Shown piece by piece: positions 40,667-49,849 of a DNA stretch of 64,000 bases. The notes under the pieces were generated by a model that was not told the DNA's origin, made no database searches, and was given only the letters and a program-made list of their open reading frames with translations. This DNA comes from an uncultured Chloroflexia bacterium. Its GTDB lineage: Bacteria > Chloroflexota > Limnocylindria > Limnocylindrales > CSP1-4. The stretch spans positions 152,150 through 216,149 of the forward strand of contig CAVYIV010000016.1 in the NCBI GenBank assembly GCA_963768675.1, read 5' to 3'. Within the stretch, counting starts at the first letter, position 1; each line of letters opens with the position of its first letter. The position numbers and the translations under genes were made by a program.

Positions 40667-40950
40667 CCGACCACCGACCACCCAGCGAGGACGCTAAAGA
40701 GCTCCAGCGCATCCGGGAGGGTATCGCCAAGGCGAGGGAGGACGCCGCGGCCGGCCGACACCCCGCCCATTGGCAGCCGAAGTACAGCGAGCTCCGGCGC
40801 CACCTGTCCGCGGTCGGGGCCGCGGCCCCGATCCCGGACGACCCAACCACGAAGCCCAAGGACAAGCGACCCGGGCGATACCACCTCGACGCCTACAACG
40901 TCCCCTATTGGCAGGAAGACCCAGAACCGCAGGAAGGCGAGACACGATGA
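40663..40950 (+). CDS. hypothetical small protein
   Basis: ATGA overlap with the upstream stop, with GGAG 5 nt upstream. Confidence 0.5.
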   Translation: MTDHRPPSEDAKELQRIREGIAKAREDAAAGRHPAHWQPKYSELRRHLSAVGAAAPIPDDPTTKPKDKRPGRYHLDAYNVPYWQEDPEPQEGETR

Positions 40951-41297
40951 GCACCCCGAAGACCTCGAACAAGACCGACACGGGACACCCGGCCGCGGGG
41001 CACCCGTCCGACTTCGGCCCGGCCGACGCCAACACGACGGGCCCGGGATCATTCCCGACGCACCCGACGACCCTACCGGGCAGCGGAGGCCCGGCACATG
41101 AGCCGTTGAAGGTCAACAGCGGACCCGTCCCGGGAGGCTGGGGCACCTCGACCGGAAAGCGCGCGACCGGGAACCTCCCCGGACTCGACCACCCCTCGGA
41201 CGCAGGCGACCGCGTGACCCCGGCCGGACCAGCCGCCCAGCCGAACCCCAAGCTAGCCGGAGCCGGCGCCACGAAGAAGGCGCCGCCCAACAAGTAG
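40947..41297 (+). CDS. hypothetical Pro/Gly-rich protein
   Basis: ATGA overlap with the upstream stop. Low-complexity, probably disordered product. Confidence 0.45.
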   Translation: MSTPKTSNKTDTGHPAAGHPSDFGPADANTTGPGSFPTHPTTLPGSGGPAHEPLKVNSGPVPGGWGTSTGKRATGNLPGLDHPSDAGDRVTPAGPAAQPNPKLAGAGATKKAPPNK

Positions 41298-41413
41298 ACG
41301 CGGCAGGGCCGACCCGATCCCGGCCCACCGCGTCAAACGGGCCGGCCGGTGGACTTCCCCCAATCGGTCGGCCCGACACCTACGGCCGGCGCGATGTAGG
41401 CACGCCAGCCACA

Positions 41414-41443
41414 GGGGCCCGGACTGGTAGCGGTCCGGGCCCC
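41414..41443 (+). terminator. GC-rich hairpin between ORF blocks (attenuator/terminator-like, no U tract)
   Basis: GGGGCCCGGAC (41414-41424) pairs with GTCCGGGCCCC (41433-41443), giving an 11-bp perfect stem and an 8-nt loop. It is followed by AGGAG and ATG 41467. Confidence 0.35.
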
Positions 41444-41466
41444 GCACCTCGACAGGAGCCGACCAG

Positions 41467-41835
41467 ATGACCGACACGAACGGACCCGACCCGGGATACA
41501 CGAAGCCCGGCCGCCGCGGAATGGTGCACGATGCCGACCTCGACGTATGGATGGACCCAGCGACCGCGGACTACATGGAGAACGCCGCCGGCCGCGGCAT
41601 CCCGGGCCCGGCCCTGCCACGCTCGAAGCGCGGCCGCAGCGCGCCCAAGCCGAAGGCCACCGGCAGCGCCGCCAGGATCGCCGACCTCGCCCATCAGATC
41701 GCCGCGGAGGCCCAGGCGATGACCTCGAACGCGCCGACGGAGGCGCCGCCAGCGGTGGAGCGAGCCGAGGAGCAGACGCCTGTCCCAGCCGCGACCCCGC
41801 ACGAGCTCGCCGTAGCGGAGCAGGGGCAGCCGTGA
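41467..41835 (+). CDS. hypothetical protein
   Basis: AGGAG lies 8 nt upstream of the ATG. 122 aa with a basic middle (KRGRSAPKPK). Confidence 0.5.
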   Translation: MTDTNGPDPGYTKPGRRGMVHDADLDVWMDPATADYMENAAGRGIPGPALPRSKRGRSAPKPKATGSAARIADLAHQIAAEAQAMTSNAPTEAPPAVERAEEQTPVPAATPHELAVAEQGQP

Positions 41836-41974
41836 ACGAGCCGCAGAGCCGACCCTAGTGGTGCACCCACGCCTACGCAAGAGCCAGCGGGCCCTAGGCT
41901 CCGACCCCGGCCGGTAGGACACTGGATCCCCCAAGGAGGATACGCGCGACCCCGGACCACCCTTAGGCCCAGAA

Positions 41975-42193
41975 ATGGAGCAGTCCTTGCCCTACGCCGA
42001 CCCCGAGAAGAAACGCGCTTACGACCGCGCCCACCGCGAGCAGCACGCCGCAGTCCAGCGCACCTACTACGCCGCCCACCGCAAGGCCATCCTCCGACAG
42101 AAGGCGGCCTATGACTCCGCCCATTGTTCGGATCGGATGATCGCTCGCCTCAGGCTAGACGGCCAGCGAGCCCTAGAGCCCTTCACCGCGTGA
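41975..42193 (+). CDS. hypothetical small protein with YADPEKKRAY motif
   Basis: 72-aa ORF. Its N-terminus, PYADPEKKRAYDRAHREQHAAVQRTYYAAHRKA, is paralogous to the next ORF. Confidence 0.45.
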   Translation: MEQSLPYADPEKKRAYDRAHREQHAAVQRTYYAAHRKAILRQKAAYDSAHCSDRMIARLRLDGQRALEPFTA

Positions 42194-42534
42194 GTTACGC
42201 CGATCCCGAGCGACGCCGCGCTTACTGGCGCGCCTACCACGCAGCGCGCCCCAAGGAGCACGCCGCGGCCCAGCGCCGATACGCCGCCACGCCGAAAGGA
42301 CGAGAGGCCGCGGCCCGGTCCCACTGGAAGGAGTACAAGCAGAACCTACGCCAGCGCATCGCCGACGGCCCCGCCAAGATCGCCGCCCTAGAGGCCGAAC
42401 TAGACGAGCTCCTCGCAGTACCGCAGCGTGCCGATGCGTCGCCCAGCGTACCGGCCAGTACAAGGCCCGAGACAGACGATGGGGCAGACGCGCTCATCGT
42501 CGCAGTCTGGCGTCACGTCACCGCGAGGCCCTGA
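42190..42534 (+). CDS. hypothetical protein with YADPERRRAY motif (tandem paralog)
   Basis: GTGA overlap with the upstream stop (VSYADPERRRAYWRAYHAARPKEHAAAQRRYAATPKGREA...), followed by a coiled-coil segment. Confidence 0.45.
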   Translation: MSYADPERRRAYWRAYHAARPKEHAAAQRRYAATPKGREAAARSHWKEYKQNLRQRIADGPAKIAALEAELDELLAVPQRADASPSVPASTRPETDDGADALIVAVWRHVTARP

Positions 42535-42856
42535 AACAGCCCCGGGGGTAGGAAGGACACTCGCGCCGCGGCCAACTTCCGCGCCGTACAACCCGGCGGG
42601 GCCCGGTGGGTGTCGCACTTGGCGCGACGGCAGAGCTCGCCGGCCGAGCCGACCGGCACGCGACCGACCGCGCCAGATGATGCGGAGCCGTGCACTCCTG
42701 GGCGGTGCGGTGCGTTCTATTTGTGCTCAGTGGGACGAGTGTACCCATACCGAGCGATTAAGACTCGACTCCCACGAGCACGCGGCGCCGATCACGCGCA
42801 ACCGTCCGCGAGCGTGCACCGGGCGAGTCATGGGGCCGCACGCATTCCTCACAGAA

Positions 42857-43017
42857 CCTATCAAGCCGGTCCGATGCTGCCCGGCGCCTATCAGCTCGAC
42901 CAGCAAGAGCTAGCCCGCCGCTCTGATAGCACGAGGCGCCTGCCGGCGCCAAGAGGACCCTGCCGCGGTATCGCTGCTGATAGCCGGACCGTGGACACTG
43001 GGGCCGCCTTCTGATAC
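42857..43017. repeat. cluster of CTATCA(G) motifs in a 650-nt non-coding, lower-G+C region
   Basis: Forward copies are CCTATCA at 42857-42863 and 42887-42893. Inverted copies are TGATAG at 42924-42929 and 42978-42983, and TGATAC at 43012-43017. CTATCAG also occurs twice in tandem inside the gene at 38183-38201. Confidence 0.35.
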
Positions 43018-43187
43018 GTACAGCGTCTAGTCAACGTGGACTCTGCGGCACCGCTCACCCTACGTCAGGCGTAGGCCCACGATGTGCACCCAGGCGCCCG
43101 CACCGTGCAGCGCATGCCGCGGCAGGGACCCTCCTCGGCCGAGCAGAGGACCTTGGCGGGCAAGCATCCGCGCGTAGACTGCGGGGC

Positions 43188-43733
43188 ATGAGTTGGGTTG
43201 ACCGGCTCCTTCGTGCGGTTGGCATCGCACAAGGAGCATATTTCCTCTGGTTCACGATAGGTACATCGGTAGTTGTGGCCGGTGCAATGGCGGGCATCCT
43301 GGCAGCAATCAGCGGACTGCCTACCTGGTCCATCGGGGTGATTGCAGTGGGGCTGTTCTTTGTTGGACTCGGCGTGGTCAACGCACTTGCCGTCGCGATC
43401 TCAGGTCGGCTCGTACCGAGGTCGGAGCCCTATCACGCACTGACGCGAGTGATTGAGGATGGCCGCCGACTTCGTGAGCGCTTGAGCGCGCTGGACACAG
43501 ACCCCACCGAGCAGGAACAGGCCGAGTGGACGGTCCGTCTCAAGGACTGGAACGACGCTGCGGACGCAACGGTCGCGCGGGTCGCACCTTTCCGGCTTGC
43601 CGCGTTCAGGGTGGACCTCATCATCGCCGATTACCCCGGGCGCAGGCAGGGTCGCCCCAAACAGATCGCCCAATGGGAACTCGACGTGGAAACGACCCTA
43701 GAGCGTTTGCTCTATATCCGAGTAACGCTCTAG
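43188..43733 (+). CDS. hypothetical membrane protein (3 TM helices plus a cytoplasmic helical domain)
   Basis: 181-aa ORF with hydrophobic segments (AYFLWFTIGTSVVVAGAMAGILAAI, WSIGVIAVGLFFVGLGVVNALAVAI). Codon usage is visibly richer in A/T-ending codons than in the flanking genes. Confidence 0.6.
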   Translation: MSWVDRLLRAVGIAQGAYFLWFTIGTSVVVAGAMAGILAAISGLPTWSIGVIAVGLFFVGLGVVNALAVAISGRLVPRSEPYHALTRVIEDGRRLRERLSALDTDPTEQEQAEWTVRLKDWNDAADATVARVAPFRLAAFRVDLIIADYPGRRQGRPKQIAQWELDVETTLERLLYIRVTL

Positions 43734-43807
43734 TCAGCAGCCTGGCGAGCTCCGCGCCCGTCCAGATGTAATCGCCGCGGCTCCGACGCTAGACTCACCG
43801 CGCCCCG

Positions 43808-44272
43808 TCACTGCGGGACGTTCTGCTGGACCCAGTAGTTGATCGCGTCGCACTTGTCGCTGAACGCCTGGTTGGCGTCATAGATCGCCTTGTAGGCTGC
43901 GTCGAACTGGTCCATCGTCATCGGTCGAGCGAAGGCTGACGCGCCGGCGACGAGAGCCGAATGCAGCGCTGCGACCTCGGCGTCCGCGCCGGTCCCTGAG
44001 AAGCCCGCGACCAGCGCGGCGTCCTTCTTGGCCGCCGCCGCTGCCACCTTGCGCGCGATTGTCACGTCGCCCAGGGTCGAGAAGTAGAGCTGCTCGGCGG
44101 CGGGCGCGTCGGTCCCGAAGTTGTAGATGCTGGCGAGCGCGCAGGCGTCAGCCTGCGCCTTCGTGTAAGTCGGCGTGGGGGCCGCAGGCGTCGCCGCCGC
44201 CCCGCCGCCGGAGCACCCGGCAAGGGCCAACACCGCTGCCATGACCCCGCCGGTAAAGCCGCGTGTAAGCAT
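43808..44272 (-). CDS. hypothetical lipoprotein
   Basis: MLTRGFTGGVMAAVLALAGCSGG is a lipobox (LAGC) signal peptide, followed by an Ala-rich helical mature domain ending CDAINYWVQQNVPQ. ORF 43808..44320 offers an upstream TTG start, but ATG 44272 fits the signal peptide. Confidence 0.6.
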   Translation of the reverse strand: MLTRGFTGGVMAAVLALAGCSGGGAAATPAAPTPTYTKAQADACALASIYNFGTDAPAAEQLYFSTLGDVTIARKVAAAAAKKDAALVAGFSGTGADAEVAALHSALVAGASAFARPMTMDQFDAAYKAIYDANQAFSDKCDAINYWVQQNVPQ

Positions 44273-45135
44273 CGCCGCCGCCTTCTTGACTCCCCCCGCC
44301 ACTCTGAACCTCGCGCCCAACGACCGCTGACTCGCCCGATGGCGTCGCTCGGGATGCCGATCTCGGCTAGGAACTCGGGCTCCTGCACAACCGGGACCCC
44401 GTACTCCTTCGCCCGTTGGAGGTTGCCGGTGACCTCCTCCGGGTCCGCGACGATGAGCGCGTGCGTCTTCTTGGTGAGGCGAGGGAGCACGTCACATTGG
44501 GCCCACCGGGCGAGCATCACCTGGGCGTGCCGGTCAAGTGGGACCCCGTAAACGGTGGTTCCCATCTCGCCCGTGAACGCGATCATCTTCCCGACCCACG
44601 GGTGGGCAGCGATTGGGGCCCGGTCGTCCGTGACCATCTCCGCGGCGCATTCGCCGGGCGTGCCGAGATGCAGGACCACGCCGACCCCTTCGCGCTCTGG
44701 GACTCGGGCCGCGTCGCAAGCTACCGCCGTTGTCATATCCGACTTGGAAGCCGCAAGGTGCCGGAATAGGGGCTGGTACGCGATTGCGTCATAGCGCGAC
44801 AGGTAGCCCGCCTGCGTCCATGCGCCGCCCGCCCACAGGTGCACGCCTATCGCGTTCGGGTCGTACTGGTTCGTCGGTTCCGGGATCAGCATCGCCTTGA
44901 AGAACCCGACGGGCGGCGGCGGGAGTCCCGGAGGTAGGTCATCGGGGCCCGGGGGACGCGCGGCTCGTAAGTTCTCCTGCCTATAGAACTCGCCGACGAC
45001 CTGCACGGCTGCGTCGTCGCGCATCCCTGTGAAGGCCGTGAAGTGCAGCCTGATCTCGTGGATGCCGGTATCGCGGCCACGCTGCCCGCTTGGCGACGCC
45101 GTCGGGGTGCCTCGCAGTCGTCGCAGGAAGCCCAT
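44062..45135 (-). CDS. HIRAN domain - BRCT domain protein (3' end uncertain)
   Basis: ATG 45135 follows GGAGGG. HIRAN signature VVGEFYRQENL...IPEPTNQYDPNAIGVHL...AGYLSRYDAIAYQPLF. BRCT-like C-terminal domain GKMIAFTGEMG...LTKKTHALIVADPEEVTGNLQRAKEYGVPVVQEPEFL. The last ~90 codons are Arg-rich, overlap the lipoprotein gene and are probably not real. Confidence 0.65.
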   Translation of the reverse strand: MGFLRRLRGTPTASPSGQRGRDTGIHEIRLHFTAFTGMRDDAAVQVVGEFYRQENLRAARPPGPDDLPPGLPPPPVGFFKAMLIPEPTNQYDPNAIGVHLWAGGAWTQAGYLSRYDAIAYQPLFRHLAASKSDMTTAVACDAARVPEREGVGVVLHLGTPGECAAEMVTDDRAPIAAHPWVGKMIAFTGEMGTTVYGVPLDRHAQVMLARWAQCDVLPRLTKKTHALIVADPEEVTGNLQRAKEYGVPVVQEPEFLAEIGIPSDAIGRVSGRWARGSEWRGESRRRRRCLHAALPAGSWQRCWPLPGAPAAGRRRRLRPPRRLTRRRRLTPARSPASTTSGPTRPPPSSSTSRPWAT

Positions 45136-45405
45136 CGCCACACCCTCCGAGCCATAAGCGCGAGTGCAGGCTAGGCTCCTATTCTGCGCCTGCCGGCGCC
45201 GTCCCATGCCTCCCAGGAGCCAGCAGGAAGCCCCAGCACGAGCGAGCGCGCGGGCCGATGGTATCCGCGTGCTGAATGGCCCTGTCTTCGGGACTACTTG
45301 GTCCTACACGTCGGGCATCGGACCTCCCTCGGCGCGAGGGTGCCGGGCCTCCCAACATGTCCGCCAGTGCGAAATGGCCCGTTGCTGCGGGCGGCGCAAC
45401 GAATA

Positions 45406-45438
45406 GCGAGGCCCCGGCCGTCCCGGCCGGGGCCTCGC
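45406..45438 (-). terminator. groEL terminator hairpin
   Basis: GCGAGGCCCCGGCC (45406-45419) pairs with GGCCGGGGCCTCGC (45425-45438), giving a 14-bp perfect stem and a 5-nt loop 22 nt after the groEL stop. On the minus strand it is followed by UAUUCGUU. Confidence 0.6.
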
Positions 45439-45460
45439 GCTGCCTGCCTGAGGGAGCGGA

Positions 45461-47094
<1,634 letters not shown>

Positions 47095-47153
47095 GGATTC
47101 GGGTTCCTCCTGGGTTGACGCGCGAAGCGGCGGGGCGAGACGGGCAGGGCCCG

Positions 47154-47465
47154 TCAGCCCTCGACGATCGCGAGAATGTCCTTCTGGCTCACGATGAGCA
47201 GGTCCTCGCCGTTGACCTTGAACTCGGTACCGGCGTACTTCGCGTAGAGGACCTTGTCGCCCACGGCGACGTCCATTTTCTCGCGCGACCCGTCATCGAG
47301 GATCCGGCCCGGCCCGACGGCGAGCGCGGAGCCCTCCTGGGGCTTCTCCTTGGCGGTGTCCGGCAGGACGATCCCGCTCTTGGTGATCTCCTCGCGCGGC
47401 GACGGCTTGATGACGACGCGATCCCCGAGCGGTCGGAGTTTCGTCGTCTCGGTTGCGGTGGCCAA
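47154..47465 (-). CDS. groES: co-chaperonin GroES
   Basis: KLRPLGDRVVIKPSPREEITKSGIVLPDTAKEKPQEG...GDKVLYAKYAGTEFKVNGEDLLI is canonical GroES. TTG start 47465 lies 7 nt after AGGAGGG. Confidence 0.95.
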   Translation of the reverse strand: MATATETTKLRPLGDRVVIKPSPREEITKSGIVLPDTAKEKPQEGSALAVGPGRILDDGSREKMDVAVGDKVLYAKYAGTEFKVNGEDLLIVSQKDILAIVEG

Positions 47466-47622
47466 CGGGTGACCCTCCTGTGCACTGTGGGTGGCGCGTC
47501 CGCCGGTCGTGCCGGCGGCCCCCTCGATGGACTGGCGCGCGGATGTCCGCGCGTCTCCCGGCAGCGATGGACCGCCACGGCCGCACGTCGAGCGGCGTCG
47601 TGACGGCGGCTCCGCGCCGTTT

Positions 47623-47649
47623 CTGGCACTCTCTCTGTGAGAGTGCCAA
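47623..47649. promoter_or_regulatory. CIRCE element (HrcA operator)
   Basis: CTGGCACTC-N9-GAGTGCCAA, against the consensus TTAGCACTC-N9-GAGTGCTAA. It lies directly downstream of the promoter and about 160 nt upstream of groES. Confidence 0.8.
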
Positions 47650-47650
47650 C

Positions 47651-47679
47651 AATCTAGCGGCGCACGTCCAGCGTGTCAA
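47651..47679 (-). promoter_or_regulatory. groES-groEL promoter (TTGACA-17 nt-TAGATT)
   Basis: On the minus strand, TTGACA (47679-47674), a 17-nt spacer and TAGATT (47656-47651), immediately followed by CIRCE. Confidence 0.6.
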
Positions 47680-48169
47680 GCGCGTGTACTCGTCCAGTGC
47701 GTCCGCTGTTTGGTGGGCCGCCGCAGGAACGCCAGTTGAGATCGATCCCGAGCCGGGCCAGGTGCTCGGCGGGGGCGAGGTCCTCTCTGCCGGGACCCTG
47801 GAGCGTCCCGTTGTTGTGGGAATGTTCATCCTTCGATGAGGGCTCGCCCGCAAAGGCTCTGAGCACCGGGAGGTCCGCGCACGGCTGGCCGGGCGCGGGG
47901 CTCAAGCACGCCGGGCGACCTCCGGGGGACCTCCGGCCGCGCCCTGGGGGATCCTGCAGTCACCCCCGATCGCGAGTCACTGCACGTCCGCGGCGGGCAG
48001 CTTGACGCTGTGGCCCGGGCTGCGCGTCGGGCAACACTCTCGCAACTGGAACGGCGCCCAGCGCGCCCTGCGGGCGGAGACGGCGGGCCACTGGCGGGCG
48101 GCGGAACTGCCCGCGCACGGTCGGCCATCGCGCGCTACGCTCCCGTCCGTGCATGCGACCCCGGCGCGC

Positions 48170-48983
48170 ATGATCCTGCGGGCCGGCCCGGCCGAGGCGG
48201 TCCTCGACCCGGGCGCAGGCGGCCGGATCGCGGCGCTCCGCGTCGACGGGCAGGACCTCCTCCTCACCGAGGGCTACGGACCCCTCGCCTGGGGCGCCTA
48301 CCCGATGGTGCCGTGGGCCGGCCGGCTTCGGGACGGCATCCTGCGCTGGGACGGCGCCGAGCATGCGCTGCCCACCCACCTGATCCCGCCGCACGCGATC
48401 CACGGGACGCTGGTGGAGACGGCCTGGGACCTAGTCGACCCGGTCGGAGCGAGCGCGGCAGTCCTCGAGGCGCCGCTCGGCCCCCCGTGGCCGTTCGGCG
48501 GGCGAGCCGTCCACCGCGTGTCCCTCGCAGCCGACGACTGACCGCCACGCTCGAAGTCCACGCGGGCGTTCGGTCCTTCCCGGCCATCGCGGGCTGGCAC
48601 CCGTGGTTCCCGCGCACGCTCCGCGGGCCTGCGGGTGTCGCGGGGGGCGCCGCGGAGATCGACCTGCGGGCGGGCGGGATGCTCCGGCGCGGCGAGGACG
48701 GCCTTCCGACCGGGAGCCGTCGACCCAGTACCTCCCGGACCGTGGGACGACTGCTTCGTCGGGGTCACGGCGCCGCCCGTCGTGCGCTGGCCGGGGGCTC
48801 TCGAGGTGGCGCTCGAGAGCGACGCGGCGTACTGGGTCGTGTACACCGAGCACGCCGACGGCGTCTGCGTGGAGCCCCAGACGGGCCCGCCGAACGGGCT
48901 GAACACCGGCGACTTCCGGCTGGTCGAACCGGGCCGGCCGCTGGTCGTGTCCACTGCGGCTCCGCTGGCGGCGCCTCGCCTGA
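48170..48983 (+). pseudogene. aldose 1-epimerase family protein, at least two or three frameshifts
   Basis: MILRAGPAEAVLDPGAGGRIAALRVDGQDLL...GAYPMVPWAGRLRDG...IHGT (frame of ORF 48002), then LEVHAGVRSFPAIAGWHPWF (frame of ORF 48010), then WVVYTEHADGVCVEPQTGPPNGLN (frame of ORF 48635). The likely end, ...LRLRWRRLA-stop at 48983, is in the third frame. Confidence 0.55.
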
Positions 48984-49019
48984 CGGACCTGGCGCGGGCC
49001 AGCCACGCCCCGGGACGGG

Positions 49020-49847
49020 TCAGCCGGCGGCGGGCGGGAACGTCGCGTCGAAGGCGGCGACCAGCCCGTCACCCAACGAGTCGGGATCGTCGCCGAGCTG
49101 CCCCGCGACCCAGCGCGCCGTCGTCTCCACGAAGCGCGGCTCGTTCCGACGCCGCGGTGCCCCCGGGGGCGACAGGTACGGCGCATCGGTCTCGACGAGG
49201 AGCCGTTCCCGGGGGACGAGGCGAACGGCCTCGGCGGTGGCCTCCTCGCCCCGGCGAAACGCCAGCCCCGACACGCTGACCGCGCACCCGAGCTTGAGCG
49301 CTGCCGCGACGTAGTCGACAGGACCGGAGACGGAGTGCAGGATCGCGGACGGCCGCGCCCCGAAGACGGCACGGCACGCGGGGCCGCCCAGCCCGGCATC
49401 CGCGAGCTCGGCGAGCAGCGCATCCTGGGCGTCCCGCTCGCCGGGCTTCGAGCGGCAGTGGAGGATCACCGGCTTGCCCGTCTCCAGCGCGAGCGCGAGG
49501 TTCCGGCGCAGGTTCGCGACCTGCACGTGCCGCGGCGACCACAGCCGGTCGAAATCGAGGCCGGTCTCCCCGATCCCCACGACCCTTCGGTCCGCCGCAA
49601 GCGCGACGATCCGGGCCCAGGCGTCGGCATCGGTGGTCGCGGCCGCGTGCGGGTGGACCCCGACCGCGACGCCGGCCAGGCGCGGGAATCGGTCGATCAG
49701 GGCCAGCGCGGCGACGCACGACGGCTCGTCCCAGCCTGGGACGAGCATGCGCTCGACGCCGGCGACCTCGGCGGCACCGAGGACCGCGCCGACATCGTCC
49801 GCGAACGGCTCGGCGTTGAGGTGGCAGTGGCTATCGACAAGACGCAT
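49020..49847 (-). CDS. tatD: TatD-family metal-dependent hydrolase
   Basis: MRLVDSHCHLN (HxH), GIGETGLDF, VILHCR and LVETDAPYL are TatD motifs. Only the last 276 codons of ORF 49020..51758 are used. Confidence 0.85.
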   Translation of the reverse strand: MRLVDSHCHLNAEPFADDVGAVLGAAEVAGVERMLVPGWDEPSCVAALALIDRFPRLAGVAVGVHPHAAATTDADAWARIVALAADRRVVGIGETGLDFDRLWSPRHVQVANLRRNLALALETGKPVILHCRSKPGERDAQDALLAELADAGLGGPACRAVFGARPSAILHSVSGPVDYVAAALKLGCAVSVSGLAFRRGEEATAEAVRLVPRERLLVETDAPYLSPPGAPRRRNEPRFVETTARWVAGQLGDDPDSLGDGLVAAFDATFPPAAG

Positions 49848-49849
49848 GC

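Larger units (their letters stand above)
35786..45310. mobile_element. integrated serine-recombinase element (satellite-like / cryptic prophage-like), about 9.5 kb
   Basis: Bounded on the left by the start codon of the mttB-like gene and on the right by an orphan SD+ATG. TCGGCAT/TCGGGCAT occurs at both ends. Contains a large serine recombinase, a consensus promoter, a chain of overlapping small ORFs and visibly lower-G+C cargo genes. Confidence 0.55.

Noticed and set aside
42428-43014. ORFs 42428..42913 and 42610..43014 (+) and 43055..43381 (-) as genes in the non-coding tract.
   Set aside because: They have no start context and low-complexity Arg/Pro/Ala-rich products. They overlap each other or lie antisense to the well-formed membrane-protein ORF. 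The region is better explained as non-coding with repeated motifs.
44062-44330. A real C-terminal Arg-rich extension of the HIRAN-BRCT protein overlapping the lipoprotein gene by about 210-260 nt.
   Set aside because: The overlap is long, the composition of the tail is shadow-frame-like, and the lipoprotein ORF has a textbook lipobox signal peptide in another frame. The true stop was probably lost or shifted; a G6 run lies at 44293-44298.
35786-45310. Interpreting the element as an actinomycete integrative and conjugative element (AICE) or as a complete temperate phage.
   Set aside because: There is no FtsK/SpoIIIE-type Tra ATPase, no RepSA-type replication protein, no Nudix/Kor genes and no Walker-A-containing ORF. 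There are no capsid, portal, terminase or tail-sized genes, and 9.5 kb is too small for a tailed phage. Neither label is supported.
45340-45405. A cobalamin riboswitch upstream of the presumed original mttB start, suggested by a GCACTGG-like string and small hairpins on the minus strand.
   Set aside because: About 90 nt is too short for a cobalamin riboswitch. The B12-box consensus is not matched and the conserved multi-helix core cannot be drawn.
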